DNA of 64,000 nucleotides from Eledone cirrhosa (GCA_964016885.1 OZ024740.1:155992001-156056000), one strand, 5' to 3'; shown: positions 13,478 through 27,589, counted from the stretch's first letter. Program-made: numbers and translations. Notes: generated by a model not told the origin, from the letters alone.

Positions 13478-16400
13478 AAAGTTTTATTTAAGATTGTTGG
13501 GTTACAACGAGTAAATATTTTATAACTGATATAAAAGCACTCAACAGTTTCTTCGTGCCTAGGAAACCCAAGATCAATATGAAAGATCACAAGAGAAATT
13601 TTGAAAATGACTTGCCAGTCAGGTTGATTGCACCATCAAAATCTGACCTGGGTAAACTTAGCAAGAACATTCTAGACAGAGTGATACAGCAAATTAAGGA
13701 CTTGAATTGTTTACCTGGCTTGACCTTGTGGAAGGGAACTGGGGAGGTCATTGAGTGGTTTAATGAAATTAAATATAACAATAATAATAAATTTATTCAA
13801 CTAGATATTGCTAACTACTATTCATCCATTACCCCTAATCTACTTAATAAGGCACTAAATTACGCATTCAAGCATACAGACCTAACTAGCAATGAAATGC
13901 ACATTATATTATCGGCAAGGAAAACTTTGATAGAATTTAATAACCAACTATGGACTAGGGCAGATAGAGATAATAATTTTGACATTACTATGGGATCATC
14001 AGACTCAGCTCAGGTAACGGACCTTGTGGGCCTATTTATAATTAATTCGCTGCATAGGAAAATACCCGGTGTTACCGGAGGTTTATGTAGAGATGACATG
14101 CTTTTACTTATTGAAAATAATAACTCTGAACTAAATAAGAAAAGAAAACAAATTATACAATTTTTTAATTACCTTAATCTAAAAATAGAAATTGAGAATA
14201 ACCATAGAATAGTCAATTTCCTAGACGTAACATTTAATCTCAACACATGTCTTCACTATCCATTTCACAAGTTAAATGAAAACTTGAATTATGTCAATTT
14301 TAGCTCCAATCACCCCAGATCTGTCAAAAATACTATAGTGAACTCTGTTCAAAAACGTATCTCTAGAATCTCTTCCAATAAAAATATTTTTGACGAAAAA
14401 GCCCAGTATTATAATGAAGCTTTAGCTAGAGCAGGATATAGTGACAAAATTATGTACATCGATAATAGACAAACTAACCAAAATAACAACAATTTTAATT
14501 ACAGTAACAACTTTAACAACTATAATAGAAAGCACTACAATAATTTCAAAAACCAGAAAAGAAATAGAACTAGAAATATAATATGGTTTGCCCCCCTTTC
14601 TCACTAAACATTAAAACCCACATCGCTAAACTATTTTTTAATGCTCTTGACAAACGCTTCCCTAGAACACATAAGTATCACTCAATTTTTAATAGACATA
14701 CTATAAAATTAACGTACTCGTCCACCAAAAATTTAGCACAAAATATTAATAGAATAAATAATAGGAATCTAAAACCTAGCCAAAATACCGAAAATAGCCT
14801 AAACAATATTCAACTAAAAAACTGTAATTGTAGAGATAGATCTAAATGTCTGCTAAATAACAATTGCTTAGTTAAAAATATAATATACAACTGTAATGTT
14901 AGAACTGATTTAAATTCTTTTAATTATGTTGGTTCCACCTCGACAGAATTTAAACTTCGCTATAATAATCACAAAAATTCTTTCACGGATCCAAATAAAA
15001 AATCCTCAACATCGCTGTCAGGGTTACTCTGGCAACTTAAGCATGATAAAGTTGGATATTCGATGGTTTGGAATATAGTCTCAAAAGGGATTCCTTTTAA
15101 TTCCTCTTCTGAGACATGTGACCTCTGCGCGGAGGAGATATTCTTTATACTAAAATCTAAAAATTCCCTTAATTTACGAACCAATTTATTCAGCTGTTGC
15201 AGACATAGATTGAACTCAACATTTAAATATAAATATAAATTTAAAATGTAGTATAAAATGTAGTATATTTACTTAAGGTATTTGACTATTTATGAAACTT
15301 GGCGATAAATCTTTCGATTTCTTCAATTTTTTTTTTTTTTTAAAAAACCTTTCTGCATGAATATATAATTAATGAGATTAAATAAACTACCCTAAAATTG
15401 GCGTTGTTCCCAATCTTTTGAATACATTTTTAAGCTGGATAAACTTCTATAATAAATATAAGAGCATTTGTAGAATAAGTTTTGAATGATTTCTGCTAAA
15501 TAAGGCTTGGTGAACAATTTTGGTTTTGTTTGCTTTTGATTCTGATTCTATGTGACCGATATGCGTGGCATACTATGTTCTCTTGCGTCCCTAGATACTC
15601 TGTGGAGTGACGAAGATATTCTTGGCGTTTTTAATTTTAATATTGATATCTGTTGTCTACTCTATGCTTGATCGATGATCATGCAAGTGAGGCTGGAATG
15701 TTATTTTAGATGTTAATGTATATCTTATATATTTTATGTCTATATATATGTATATATGTATGTAAATGTATGTGGGGTGGAATCTTTTGTAACGCATTGA
15801 AGTTTTTCATGAAATATAAGAATCTGTGCAGCGTATCACGTAGGTTCACATGTGCGTCTATATTTATCAACTTGAATTTGAGATAACCTTCTCTTTTCTC
15901 TTTTTTTTTCACGAGAATGCATATATACTTATGTTTGAAGTTTTATCTCAGATTTTGCTTATAGACCTAAGAATTTTTAAACTGAGCATGTGGTCATTTT
16001 TTCACACATTATGGATATGTGTCTCATTCATGAATACTGATATTTACATTATAATACCTAATTCATAAAAATTGATAATTCAAATGGATGAGACATAATA
16101 TATTTTTAATATATTTTAAATATATCATCTTTCTTTCTTTTTCTCCTATACACTAGTTTAACTGTATCCCTTCCCTTAACCTCTCACATATACGATGATC
16201 ATCTGTCCAAAAGCAGCCTACTATATTTTTTCACCTCCTCAATGTATTTCTCTCTCCCATATCTCCTTGTCTCTCTATCTCGCTCCGTTGTTTTTCTTTA
16301 CATACATCTCTTCATCTTCTTCTTTTTTATTTTTTTATTTTTTTTTTATTTACATACATCTCTTCATCTTCTTCTTCTCATCTTCGTTTTTCTTTCTATA

Positions 16401-16608
16401 TAACTGTCATAACAGTTTCACTACCAAATCAACTTTTTAAATGGAAGTTGCATTATTACAAGGTATGTCACTAATTATTTATAAAACAGCTTATGTATTG
16501 TATTTTGTCTGAGGAAGGCATACCATATTTTTAATATGATATCCTAGAAATATATATAACGAAATAAATATGGTTTTATAAATATAGTTTCCATTTGTTT
16601 AATATCGT
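13474..16608 (+). mobile_element. Naiad-type PLE copy 1 (5'-truncated)
   Basis: RT (LDIANYY, MGS, CRDD), CNCRDRSKCLLNNNC (CxCx5Cx5C) linker, GIY-YIG with CDLC..CRH; 1-nt frameshift near 14595; long 3' UTR ending in an HHR; (TA)n flanks. Confidence 0.9.
16501..16566 (+). ncRNA. Type I hammerhead ribozyme at the Naiad copy 1 3' end
   Basis: tattttgt CTGAGGA [stem II] GAAA tatata TA acgaaata. Confidence 0.75.
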
Positions 16609-16751
16609 ATATATATATATATATATATATAATTATATATTCATGTACAGATATTTTTCCATACACAATAACAAAATATAGACAAACGTATTTATTTCAC
16701 GAGGCTCGATAAGGATAAATATATATAAAATATATAAGAAGCCTATATATA

Positions 16752-17263
16752 GCTAGTATATATATAAAGTTGTAGTTCCTGTCTGTTTGTTTGTCTCTTT
16801 GCCTGTTCACGAACTCCACCTATGGTTTTGGAGATAGACCCCCATAACTATATATATTTTGAAACTACATTGCCCAGGGTACTTGGATAAGTATATTTCA
16901 TTTTAATCAAAGGGATCCCCGGGGGCACAAACCCCCGCTGAAAATTGTTTCCCTTAGATTTATATGAAATTTAAGCCATAGGTAAATGACAAGATATGAT
17001 GCCTATTCACAAAAGTTTTGAATTGATATTTTGAAAAAAATTATTTACAAGAAACAAAATAAGAATAAGATTTAATAATGTAATTTTGATTTGATACATT
17101 ACAAAAGATAATGTTTTCCAATTTTTCATGCATTACATATTACATTGAGTAATATTGAAATACAGAGTTTTTCTCCATAAATTATATCACTGATTTAAAA
17201 TAAATCATCATTTTCTTACAAAAAAGTGTGTGAAACGCAGCAAGGCACGGGTAATTCGGCTAG
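16752..17263 (+). mobile_element. Non-autonomous Helitron-like element
   Basis: 5' TATATATAAAG + TGTC/TGTT repeats; 3' GCACGGG...CTAG|T. Confidence 0.65.
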
Positions 17264-17369
17264 TATATATGTATATATACTCGTTTCAGAGCACCAACAC
17301 CCTTTTTCTTGCATTTTTTTAAGTGGGTATTTTTATGATTTGTATAAATGTATATGTATGTATTTGTAA

Positions 17370-17408
<39 letters not shown>

Positions 17409-17409
<1 letters not shown>

Positions 17410-20400
17410 TAGCAGTTTAGCCCAGCGTTGCTCGGATTTGTTCATTTGCTATGAAAAGTTACAAACAGGTAAACGTAGCTTGAAAGCGCATGAGGTTATC
17501 AATTAAGTGCATAAAGCAGTTGAACCGGTTATTAATAGTTACGAACCAATTAGCATTTTGGACAATCAATGATGGGTTAATAATCTTCCAATAGCGAATT
17601 TAGTAGACAAACGTTGCAAGATGGTGGCCCTGATGCCGCTGGGTGTCAGATCTGTCCGCTATGGGTGACCTACCAGTTTTCCAGACGGCATAGCTCCAAC
17701 ACCTCCAACACCTGCCAACATCTATAGCACCTCTTTGTAGACGATATTACGTGTCATCCCTTGAGGAGAGTAAGCAAAAAGTCCATTCCTGCTCCCTACG
17801 CGGGAACAGGCAACATATTTGGCCATGGGAGATGCATGGCTCCCCCAAATGGATGCCCGCCACCGACAATGTTTGCCCTTGTGACTTGTTAATGGACATG
17901 GCAAAACATGATCTCACCGGAAATTGGGATCGCCGGAAATCGAACGGGATATCTGACGCCGAGGGGAAAATGTTCATCCTTGGAATGAAAGCATTCTCCC
18001 CTCTCCAGCACCCCGTTACAATAGTGGCCTCAATCAAGTGGGGCGTCAATGACTTGACGACCATGCGAGTACCGTTGCACTGCTTTGGTGGACGCAAGTT
18101 CCTTATTAGCATAATGGGACAGCCAACCCTAAGCTTAAGAATTTGAGGTGGGAGCCCTGGGGGCTCAAGGGAATTTAATAACTCAACCGGATAATTAACG
18201 ATATCGTCGGGGTCTGACGTCCGGTCGATAGATTTGAAGATGTGTTCTTTACCGGGAATTTTCTCAATCAGCTGCTCGTTAATAAAATTAACCATGGTAT
18301 TTTTCGGAGCAAGGATGGCTCTTTCGCTGAGTCAATCGAGGTCTTTAAAGTTAGATGAGACATTAGGAAAAACTGCTTCCCAAAGGTCAGAAGGGCTGCT
18401 CACAATGTTGCACAGGAGTCGATTGCTATGCCGCCCTTGTCATCCGCAGGGACCTTGCCCTCACCAAGTGCTAAAATATTTTGAGCAAATGCTGCAGACA
18501 TGTTGTCACCATGCAAATGAGCACGCATATTTGTGCTCAGGTACAAACTCTTCACCTGGAACCACAACATGGATGACTTAAGACAGGCACGCACTTCATC
18601 AGCTCTTGTCCCTTTGGGGATGACAGGCAGCGTTTGCCGAAAATCCCGATAGCAGAAGGGTTACGCCACCCATAGGAGCCGTAGAATCCCTAATGTCTTT
18701 CAGGGCCCAGTCCAATGCCTCAATGGCACCCTTGTGTGCCATTGTGCACTCATCCCAAACAATAAGGCAACATTTTTTGAGAACCAGAGCTTCGTGTGAA
18801 CTCTTGCTGATATTGCATGTTGGTGTCTCAGTTTTTACTAAATCCAAGGGGAGTTTAAAGGTTGAATGTGCTGTCCTGCATCCCGGCAGCAAAGTAGCAG
18901 CGATCCCGGACGATGCAACGGCCAACGCAATTTTTCGCTCCTGAAAAATGTTAGCGAGAATCAATTTCGTTACATAAGTTTCTCCGGTACCCTCAGGAGC
19001 ATCGAGAAAGTAAATACCCCCAGTCTGATTTTGAGCCGCATCAATGATAGTTAAATAGGCCAACCTTTGGTCCGACAGAAGTTTTGGCTCATTTTCCTCT
19101 AAGTATTGGGAAAGAGATTCGATGTCATATGCTGTTCCCCGCAACAAATCTGGGGCAAACGTGTTAGCTTCCTCTCTGACGGTTGACGGCAAGCCACATG
19201 TCGCCAACTCACTCCCACCCATGTCGAGGAGGGCGTCCTCGATATCAATGAGTGCCCTGTTATAGATAATGTCGCTGTAACCAACTTCCACTGAAGTTTA
19301 CTGCAGATGAGCCAGGCGCAGGAAGTCCTCAGACATGAAGTCTCTGTACTTGACCCATAAAGATTTGGGATAACCCAATTCACACTTTTGAAGCAAAATA
19401 GCAAAGAGTTCCCGTAGACCTTTAGGTGATTTCAACAAAGCACCCTCTGCTAAAGTGGAATCCCATTGCGAATCATCTTCCAAAAGACCACGCTTAAAGC
19501 AGGCTTCTCGGTACGTATCACATATTTCTCCATCAACAGTTTTGAGGTCCTGAAAACTTTGTGGGCCTACAAATTCATGCAGAAGAAGGCGGAGATGAAA
19601 GCACTCATGCTGACTTGGGGGCACAGTGTAAACCCTTCCAAGACAGCTGTCAAATTTTACACCAGGATGTCTTTCAGCAGCCTGACCTGACTTTCTTCGC
19701 ACCCAAGTGTTTTTCGACCATATAAAGTAGGATGGAACCTGGGAGTACACAATTGTTTGCGCAAATGTATTGAACTGGCAAAGTTTGAAGAAACCTGTCA
19801 GAGTGGTCTCTTTCGGATCGGCGGCCAACTTGGCGGCGGTTTGGTCCGTAAAGTAAACCCTTTGCCCATTTTCCAAATGTACCGCAAGCTGTACGATGGC
19901 GGGGTGACGTTGGTGTAGGGGTAAACCAAATAGGCGCCAAAAAGCTTCATTGCTACTGATGTACCGCCCGCCAGGTATTCTGTGACCTCGTCCCTGCTAT
20001 TTTCAGCTTGAAATACGAACATTGCGGCATCAGAGCCCTTATTTACATATTTGCATATGTATTTTATCGACTTGACAGAGTTGCAAAACTCAACGTTGAT
20101 GTAGGCGTTGAACATCTTCAAGAGAAGCGGGCAGTAAGGGACCACCCATCTCTTGTCAACTTGACCTCCCCTTACTGTTGTGGTGAAGCCACCATTCTCG
20201 GGCCGTCTCCGCCTGTGCAGGGGGTACCCGTCGCCACCGACTGAGTCTGGTCAACAAATTTTTGGGGTTATCCCTTACTGCACGACCCCCCCTTTAAGAC
20301 ACGTGTTATGCTCATTAGGACCCAACGCATACGGACCATGAATCATGTTACCTTTGGCGATGTCATGTAATTCCTGGCCAGTTGCTGGGTTAGGGATTTC

Positions 20401-21250
20401 AGCCGAAATGAAGCTGTCTATGGCATTTGAATTGATTTTATCAGCTAACCAAATCAAAATGTGAGCATGTGGCAGCCCTCGTTTTTGCCATTCGACGGTG
20501 AACATGTCACATTTTACAGCTCCAAATACCTGACCTTTTTGATTAAAGCCATGAGTTTAGCCGATTTCAGTCTGAACACTCTGGCAATGGGGTCATGTCT
20601 GTTCGAATAATTTTGCCCAGGAAAAAGTTCACGGGTTACATTCCGATTCATATGTCTATAGCATTAATCTGTTATATGAAGTGTTATTTTGCGGGTTGTT
20701 ATTTGCAATAAGCCGATTGAAAATGCCCCAGATAAGCCGTATGTCAATACGGAACGCTCCACTGCAGTGTTGTCATATAGGGAGTGAAGAGCAACAGAGA
20801 GAGTATGTTGTTATGACTGTTTATTGTTGTATAAAATGATGTGTTGCTTAGTTATCAAAGTTTTTTTCGCGTTCCCGAACGAATAGGGGGAATGATCTAT
20901 TATATATAGAGAGAAGAGCGATGGATAGAGTGAAGCTAGTGTTAAACCTCCAAGCATGAAGAGAGTAAAGCAGTTAAATTATAGAGAGGGGGAATAATCT
21001 ATTGTAGAGAGGGGGAAGAGCGACGGAGAGAGTAAAGCTATGCTTGTTGTGTTGCTTAGGTTTCAAAGTTTGTGTCGCGTTATTTCAAAATAATTTTTGT
21101 CGTTGTTCTAAATTGTGATAGAGTAGTAGACGGAGGCAGTAACCTTTTAAAGAGAGTTGCAGAGGAGATTGAGGGGGGAGTAGAGAGAGTGATGAACCTT
21201 TTAAAGAGAGTTGCAGAGGAGATTGAGAGTGGAGTAGACCTATATATAGT
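17409..21250 (-). mobile_element. Decayed autonomous Helitron (Rep/PIF1 helicase), internally deleted
   Basis: VEWQKRGLPHAHIL, KYICKY, APEGTGET, WDECTM, SINKSQGQTL; 3' hairpin CCGAGC-AAC-GCTGGG + CTAG|T at 17409; 5' boundary approximate. Confidence 0.92.
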
Positions 21251-21369
21251 GAAAGCGTGTGGCTGAGTGGTTAGAGAACTGGATTCGCAATCGTGAGGTT
21301 GTGAGTTCGATTCCTGGACCGGGCGATGCGTTATGTCCTTGAGCAAGACACTTTATTTCACGTTGCTCC
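21250..21369 (+). mobile_element. tRNA-head SINE with Meta-like core (truncated)
   Basis: A box TGGCTGAGTGG, B box GAGTTCGATTCC, TGTCCTTGAGCAAGACACTT. Confidence 0.75.
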
Positions 21370-21467
21370 TTCTACCTGGAGTTGCGACCGATAGATAGTA
21401 TTAGCAATTGGAAAGACCAATGGAAACACTGTTTCCTCGGTCCGATTTGACGAAAGTCGATCGTTAG

Positions 21468-21527
<60 letters not shown>

Positions 21528-21586
21528 ATATATATCTATATATATATATATCAATGATATTGAAACTATATTTATAAAACCATATT

Positions 21587-21647
21587 TATTTTATTATGTA
21601 TATTTCAAGGGTACCAACATTTTGGTACGCTCTCATCAGATAATACA
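21587..21647 (-). ncRNA. Type I hammerhead in a solo PLE end (about 21552-21712)
   Basis: CTGATGA gag c gtacca-aaatgt-tggtac c ctt GAAA tataca TA; same tail as the Naiad copies. Confidence 0.7.
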
Positions 21648-21732
21648 ATAGTTGTTTTATAAATAGTGACATATCCAAAAAACAAGAACTTATCGTTTTA
21701 AGTTCAGTTTGGATATATATATATATATACAT

Positions 21733-21938
21733 GGCGGTGGATTCGCAGTATCGGCAGAGAGTCAAACACCATGCTTTGCAGCATAGAGTTATGGCCCTTT
21801 GCGGTTTGAGTTCAAATCCCGTCGAGGTTAACTTTGACGGGGTGGATAAAATAAAGTACCAGTAATGTACTGAGGTCGATTTAATCGACTTTCCCCTGTT
21901 CCCAAATTACTGGCCTTGTGCCTATACTAGAAATCATT
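21733..21938 (+). mobile_element. Nin-like SINE
   Basis: Family motifs. Confidence 0.8.
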
Positions 21939-22477
21939 ATATATATATATAATTATACAAGCAAAGTTATCAAAGAGGAGAGACAAGGGATTAGTTATGA
22001 AGATTACATGCCAGTAATGAAGGGGGTAGTGTGCTCAAGGCATATGAGTTGCAAGACAAGCGAACAAAGCAAGTAAGCCGGAGAAAAGATGTCAAGCAAA
22101 GATGGGATAAGCAGAGTGAAAATACATATATTAAATATCAAAGAGAACGACATCAGATTTTTGAATAATTACATTTACTGGCTGACAAATTGTTTCGGAA
22201 ACCAAATCATTTATTTGTACATAGATGATATGACCATCGATCTTACGATCAATGTTTGTACAGTAAAAAGAAATGTTCGACATGTTTCCCTCATCGGAGC
22301 CAAAAAAACCCCAAAAAAAACATAAACATGTTTTATTATAATATGATATGATTTCCTTTTATATTATAAAAGGAAATCATTATCACAAAAAATAAGGCCT
22401 ACAATAAATGCAATACTAGGATGAAATGACGCGAGATGCTAGTACTGTGGTTTTGCAGATGATCAGTTAAGACTTCG

Positions 22478-22524
<47 letters not shown>

Positions 22525-22560
22525 CATGTGTGTCTCTCTCTGTCTCACTCTCTCTCTCTC

Positions 22561-22630
<70 letters not shown>

Positions 22631-22634
<4 letters not shown>

Positions 22635-25600
22635 AAGTTATATTTAAAATTGTTGGGTTACAACTAGTAAATATTTATAACTGATATAAAAGCACTCGAC
22701 AAATAGATAAATCTCACTCTTTTATAAGGAGAATCAGGTGGCGTGCATTCCACTTTGATAAATCTAATGCAGACGAAAATATCTCGGACTTAAACAAAGT
22801 TTTCAAATCTAAAAGAAATCCACCCCCTAACAAACTTTTATCTGACTTTGAAAACGATATAATTTCTATCATACAAGGGGTCAAATTCAAGAGAAACTTT
22901 AAAGGCCAGGAATATCTGAAAGGCATTAAGGTTAACATTGAGAGCTTAGAGAAAACTGAGAAGATCTTGGTGAAATCTGACAAGACCAACAACCTCTATG
23001 GAGTGCGGAAAGACATGTATAATGGCCTCATACTGAAAGAGCTGAGGAAAAAATACAAGGTAGCAGATAAGGCCGAACTTGAGAAAATGAATGTTGAAGC
23101 ATCTTGTATAATGCATGAGTTGGAAATTGAGAACAGAACACAACCTTTCGTGCCCAGGAAACCGAAGATCAATATGAAGGACCACAAGAGGAATTTTGAA
23201 AATGACCTGCCAGTTAGATTGATCGCACCTTCAAAATCGGACCTGGGCAAATTAAGCAAAAACATTCTTGACAGGGTGATACAGCAAATTAAGAACTTGG
23301 ATTGTGTATCTAACCTGAGCTTGTGGAAGGGAACTGGAGAGGTTGTTGAGTGGTTTAGGCAAATTAAATATAACAATAATAATAGGTTTATTCAACTTGA
23401 TATAGCTAACTATTATTCTTCTATTACCCCTAGTCTACTAAATAAGGCACTAAATTACGCATTCAAACATACGGACCTAACTAGCAAAGAAATGCATATT
23501 ATATTATCGGCTAGGAAAACTTTGATAGAATTTAATGACAAATTATGGACCAGAGCAGATAGAGATAGCAATTTTGACATAACTATGGGATCTTCCGACT
23601 CAGCTCAGGTAACTGACCTTGTGGGCTTATTTTTAATCAATTCGCTACATAGGAAAATACCTGGTACTACCGGAGGTTTATATAGGGATGACATGCTTTT
23701 ACTTATTAATAATAATAACCCTGAACTAAATAGAAAATGTAAACAAATTACAAAATTTTTTAATTACTTTAACCTTAAAATAGAAATTGAGAACAACCAT
23801 AGAATATCAATTTCCTAGATATAACATTAAATCTCAACACATGTCTCCACTATCCTTTTCACAAGTTGAATGAAAACTTAAACTATGTCAACTTTAACTC
23901 TAACCACCCCAGATCTGTCAAAAACACTATAGTAAACTCAGTCCAAAAACGTATCTCTAGGATCTCGTCGAATAGAAAGATTTTTGACGAAAAGGTCCAG
24001 TACTATAATGATGCACTAGCTAGGGCAGGGTATGCTGATAAGATTGTGTACATAGATAATGATAGACAAACTAAACAAAGTAACAACTTTTTTAATTACG
24101 GCAACAACATTAACAACTATAATAGAAAGCATTACAATAATTCCAAAGGACAAAAAAGAAATAGAACTAGGAACATAATTTGGTTTGCCCCCCCTTTCTC
24201 ACTAAACATTAAAACCCACATCGCTAAATTACTTTTCAAAGCTCTTGATAATCGCTTCCCTAGAACACATAGGTATCACTCAATCTTCAATAGGCATACA
24301 ATTAAATTAACCTACTCATCCACCAAAAATTTAGCACAAAATATTAATAGAATAAATAATAGGAACTTAAAACCTACTGATAATAGCATAAATAATATAC
24401 AAGTTAACAAATGTAACTGTAGAGATAGATCTAAATGTCCGTTAAATAACAACTGCTTAGTTAAAAATATAGTATACAATTGTAATGTTAATACTGACTC
24501 TAATTCTTTTAACTACGTCGGTTCCACATCGACGGAATTTAAACTTCGCTATAATAACCACAAGAATTCTTTCACAGATCCAAATAAAAAATCTTCAACG
24601 GCACTATCAGGCGTACTCTGGCAACGTAAGCTAGATAACGTTAGATATTCGACGGCTTGGAATATAGTCTCAAGAGGGATTCCTTTTAATTCATCCTCTG
24701 AGACATGTGACCTCTGCGCAGAGGAGATATTCTTTATACTAAAATCTAAAAATTCCCTTAACCTACGGACAAATTTATTCAGTTGTTGCAAACATAGATT
24801 AAACTCAACGTTTAAATATAAATTTAAATTTAAAATGTAGTATATTTAGTTTGATTTATATTTATATGAGAACTAGCCGATAAATTTTTTGATTCCTAAA
24901 TCTTTGATTCCCTCTTTTTACTCTTTTTATTGTTTATTTTATTTTATTTATTTTTATTTTTATCTAAACATTCCTCATGAAAAATTAAGCTACCCTAAAA
25001 GCCGATGCTCCAAATTTTTTGAATTAACCTTACACTAGATAAACTTCTATATTAAATATAGGAACATATGTATACATAATTGGACATCATAATCTTTTTG
25101 AGATGTTCTTTGCTAGATGTGATTTGATAGATAATTTTTGGCTTTGTCTTGTAATGAACTTGGCAATATATTGTCAATTAACTTTGAAGGGTTGTTCTTT
25201 GTGGTTTATTTTTATTTTTATTTTTATTTTTATTTTTATTTTTTTATTTTTATTTTTATTTTTATTTTTATTTTTATTTTTATTCTTTTAGTATTGTAGT
25301 ATTCTATAATATTTTTTTATTTTTTATTTTATTTTATTTTTAATATTTTTATATGTAAATTTTTAATACGTAATATTTTTTAATACGTAGTATTTTTAAT
25401 ATGCAATATTTTTATTATGTAATATTCTTTCGTAATATTTTTTTAGTTTTCTATTCTATATTTTTATATATTTTTACTTATTATTATTATTATTGTTATC
25501 TTTTTATTTTTAGTTTTGTTTATAATATAATATATATTTTTGATTGGTATATTGAAATCTGCTCTCTATTTCTGCTTGATAGATAATCTTGTAGAGTAAT

Positions 25601-25948
25601 CGCAGGAATAATAATACGCTCAAATTTTTATACCACATTGAGAATGTTTTCCGGTAACTTAGAGTTTGCAGAGTGAATCAGTTGGATTCACATTGATGTT
25701 TGTAGATGTCACATAAACATATGAATTTTTTAAAACTAAACATAAGATAATGAATTTTCACACATTGTGAATACTTGTTTCATTCAGGAATACTGATATT
25801 TACAATATAGTGTAAGTTTTATAAATGCTAATACATTAAAACATAGGGTTTTCTACGCCTCGAATATGTCTGGCTATTTTTAAATTTTTTTCTCTCTCTA
25901 TATCTCTCTATATCTCTCTATATATCTCCCTTACATTAATACTTGAGC

Positions 25949-25991
<43 letters not shown>

Positions 25992-26465
25992 ATGTATCAT
26001 TGATACACTTACTCAAAATGACCTCCCACTACCTAATTTTCTATATATATATATGTATCTATCTCTATTTCCTCTCTCTCTATATATATATATCTCTTTC
26101 TGTCTCTTTACATGAAGCTCTTCGCTTTATCTATTTTTCCATCTCTCTATTTTGTTCCATGCATTTCTTCTTTTTCTTTTTCTTCTTTTTCTTCCTTTTC
26201 TTCGTTTTGTCTTTCTTTCTTTTTTTTTTTTTTTTTTTTTCCTCTTTTCTTTCTCTCTTTCTTTCTCTCTGTATTTTCACTGCTAGCGTAAACCTCTTCA
26301 AATGAAGTCGATGTTTATTACGGTATGTCGAATATATTTATCTATAAAACTGTTTATATTGTATTTTGTCTGATGAAGGCATAGCATATTGTTAATATGA
26401 TATCCCCGAAATATATATAATGAAATAAATATGGTTTTATAAATATAGTTTTCCATTTATTTAAT

Positions 26466-26470
<5 letters not shown>
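22631..26470 (+). mobile_element. Naiad-type PLE copy 2 (near full length)
   Basis: Open frame from about 22700 (FIRRIRWRAF, SDKTNN, YRDD); 1-nt frameshift near 23805; CNCRDRSKCPLNNNC; GIY-YIG ends 24840; 3' HHR. Confidence 0.92.
26362..26427 (+). ncRNA. Type I hammerhead ribozyme at the Naiad copy 2 3' end
   Basis: tattttgt CTGATGA [stem II] GAAA tatata TA atgaaata. Confidence 0.75.
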
Positions 26471-26504
<34 letters not shown>

Positions 26505-26527
26505 CAAACGCCGTGTATAATTTTAAT

Positions 26528-26640
26528 CAGTTTTTCCGATGATTTGATTAAGCATACATTGTATTTAAAATTTAGTGACACAACTTCAAGTGATTAGCAA
26601 TTTTTAGACAACTGAATCAATGAAACAATTGTTAATACTG
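26528..26640 (+). ncRNA. Type I hammerhead (C4 variant, extended stem II) in a non-coding repeat at about 26500-26850
   Basis: cagtttt(t) CCGATGA t ttgatt...aatcaa t GAAA caattg TT aatactg; decayed paralog at about 32228-32550. Confidence 0.6.
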
Positions 26641-26875
26641 TAAATAAAACCCTTTTTGTACTGTTGACCATGTCATTCTTCACTCTTTCACTGTTATTAC
26701 TCCAAGATTAACCTGCATAGGAATTCCCGAGAACTTGCAAACTCGCTACCTACGGAAACCTCTTGTTGAGTCAAACAACGCCGTACGCTAAAACTATATA
26801 CAATACGGAGTATTCACAACCTCTAACTGGATTACCTATAACGATAATTTGTTATCTCATATAATTTATTATTAT

Positions 26876-26965
<90 letters not shown>

Positions 26966-27152
26966 ATAATAATAAATTTGAAGAGTAAAATCCAAAGAGG
27001 GCTCGAGAAGGATAAATATATATCAAATATATAAGAACCGTAGAGCAAATATTTATTATATGTATGTAAAAGGTAAACAGAAATAACAACACAATCAGTA
27101 CAGTATATGGAAGGGATATATTAGGTTAACGCTTGAAATAGCAGAAAGAGAG

Positions 27153-27188
27153 TCTTAACGTTTTGGACGCTAGTCCTTCATCAGAAGA
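27153..27188 (-). ncRNA. Decayed minimal hammerhead (G12>A)
   Basis: CTGATGA a ggac-tagc-gtcc AAAA cgtta. Confidence 0.45.
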
Positions 27189-27589
27189 AAGAATGAGAAA
27201 TAAGATAGATTGAGGGGACAGGCGGGTTGGAATTGGAAAAAATGTCTTTAGATAAAAATAATAGGTCCTCTGTGTGTGTGTGCGTGTGCGCGCGCGTGCG
27301 TGTGTGTGTGTGCGTGTGTGTATGCATGTCTTTATGCAGGTGTGTGTGTATGTATAACTGGTCTGCGGCAACACTAATACCTAGGTCGCAGGCCATCTCT
27401 GAATCACATATTTTTTTCTATATTTTCTGTTTGTGCATACCGCGCATGTATGTGCATGTTTGTGTGTGTGTGTGTATGTATGTGTGTGTGTATATGTATG
27501 TGTGTGTGAATGTGTGTAAACCAGCGTTCGAATCGGAGATGTTAGCCGCGAAACACGATTATTACCGACAACCAACGCGCAGAGAGAAC

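Noticed and set aside
22248-22300. Possible host exon (NISFYCTNID) with gtaaga donor
   Set aside because: No proper AG acceptor; exon 28838-28952 already bridges the phases
24977-25023. SECIS-like ATGA...AAAA...TGA in the Naiad 3' UTR (also 15372-15422); some Naiads encode selenoproteins
   Set aside because: No in-frame TGA at Cys positions in either ORF; helix spacing and pairing are poor. SECISearch would settle it.
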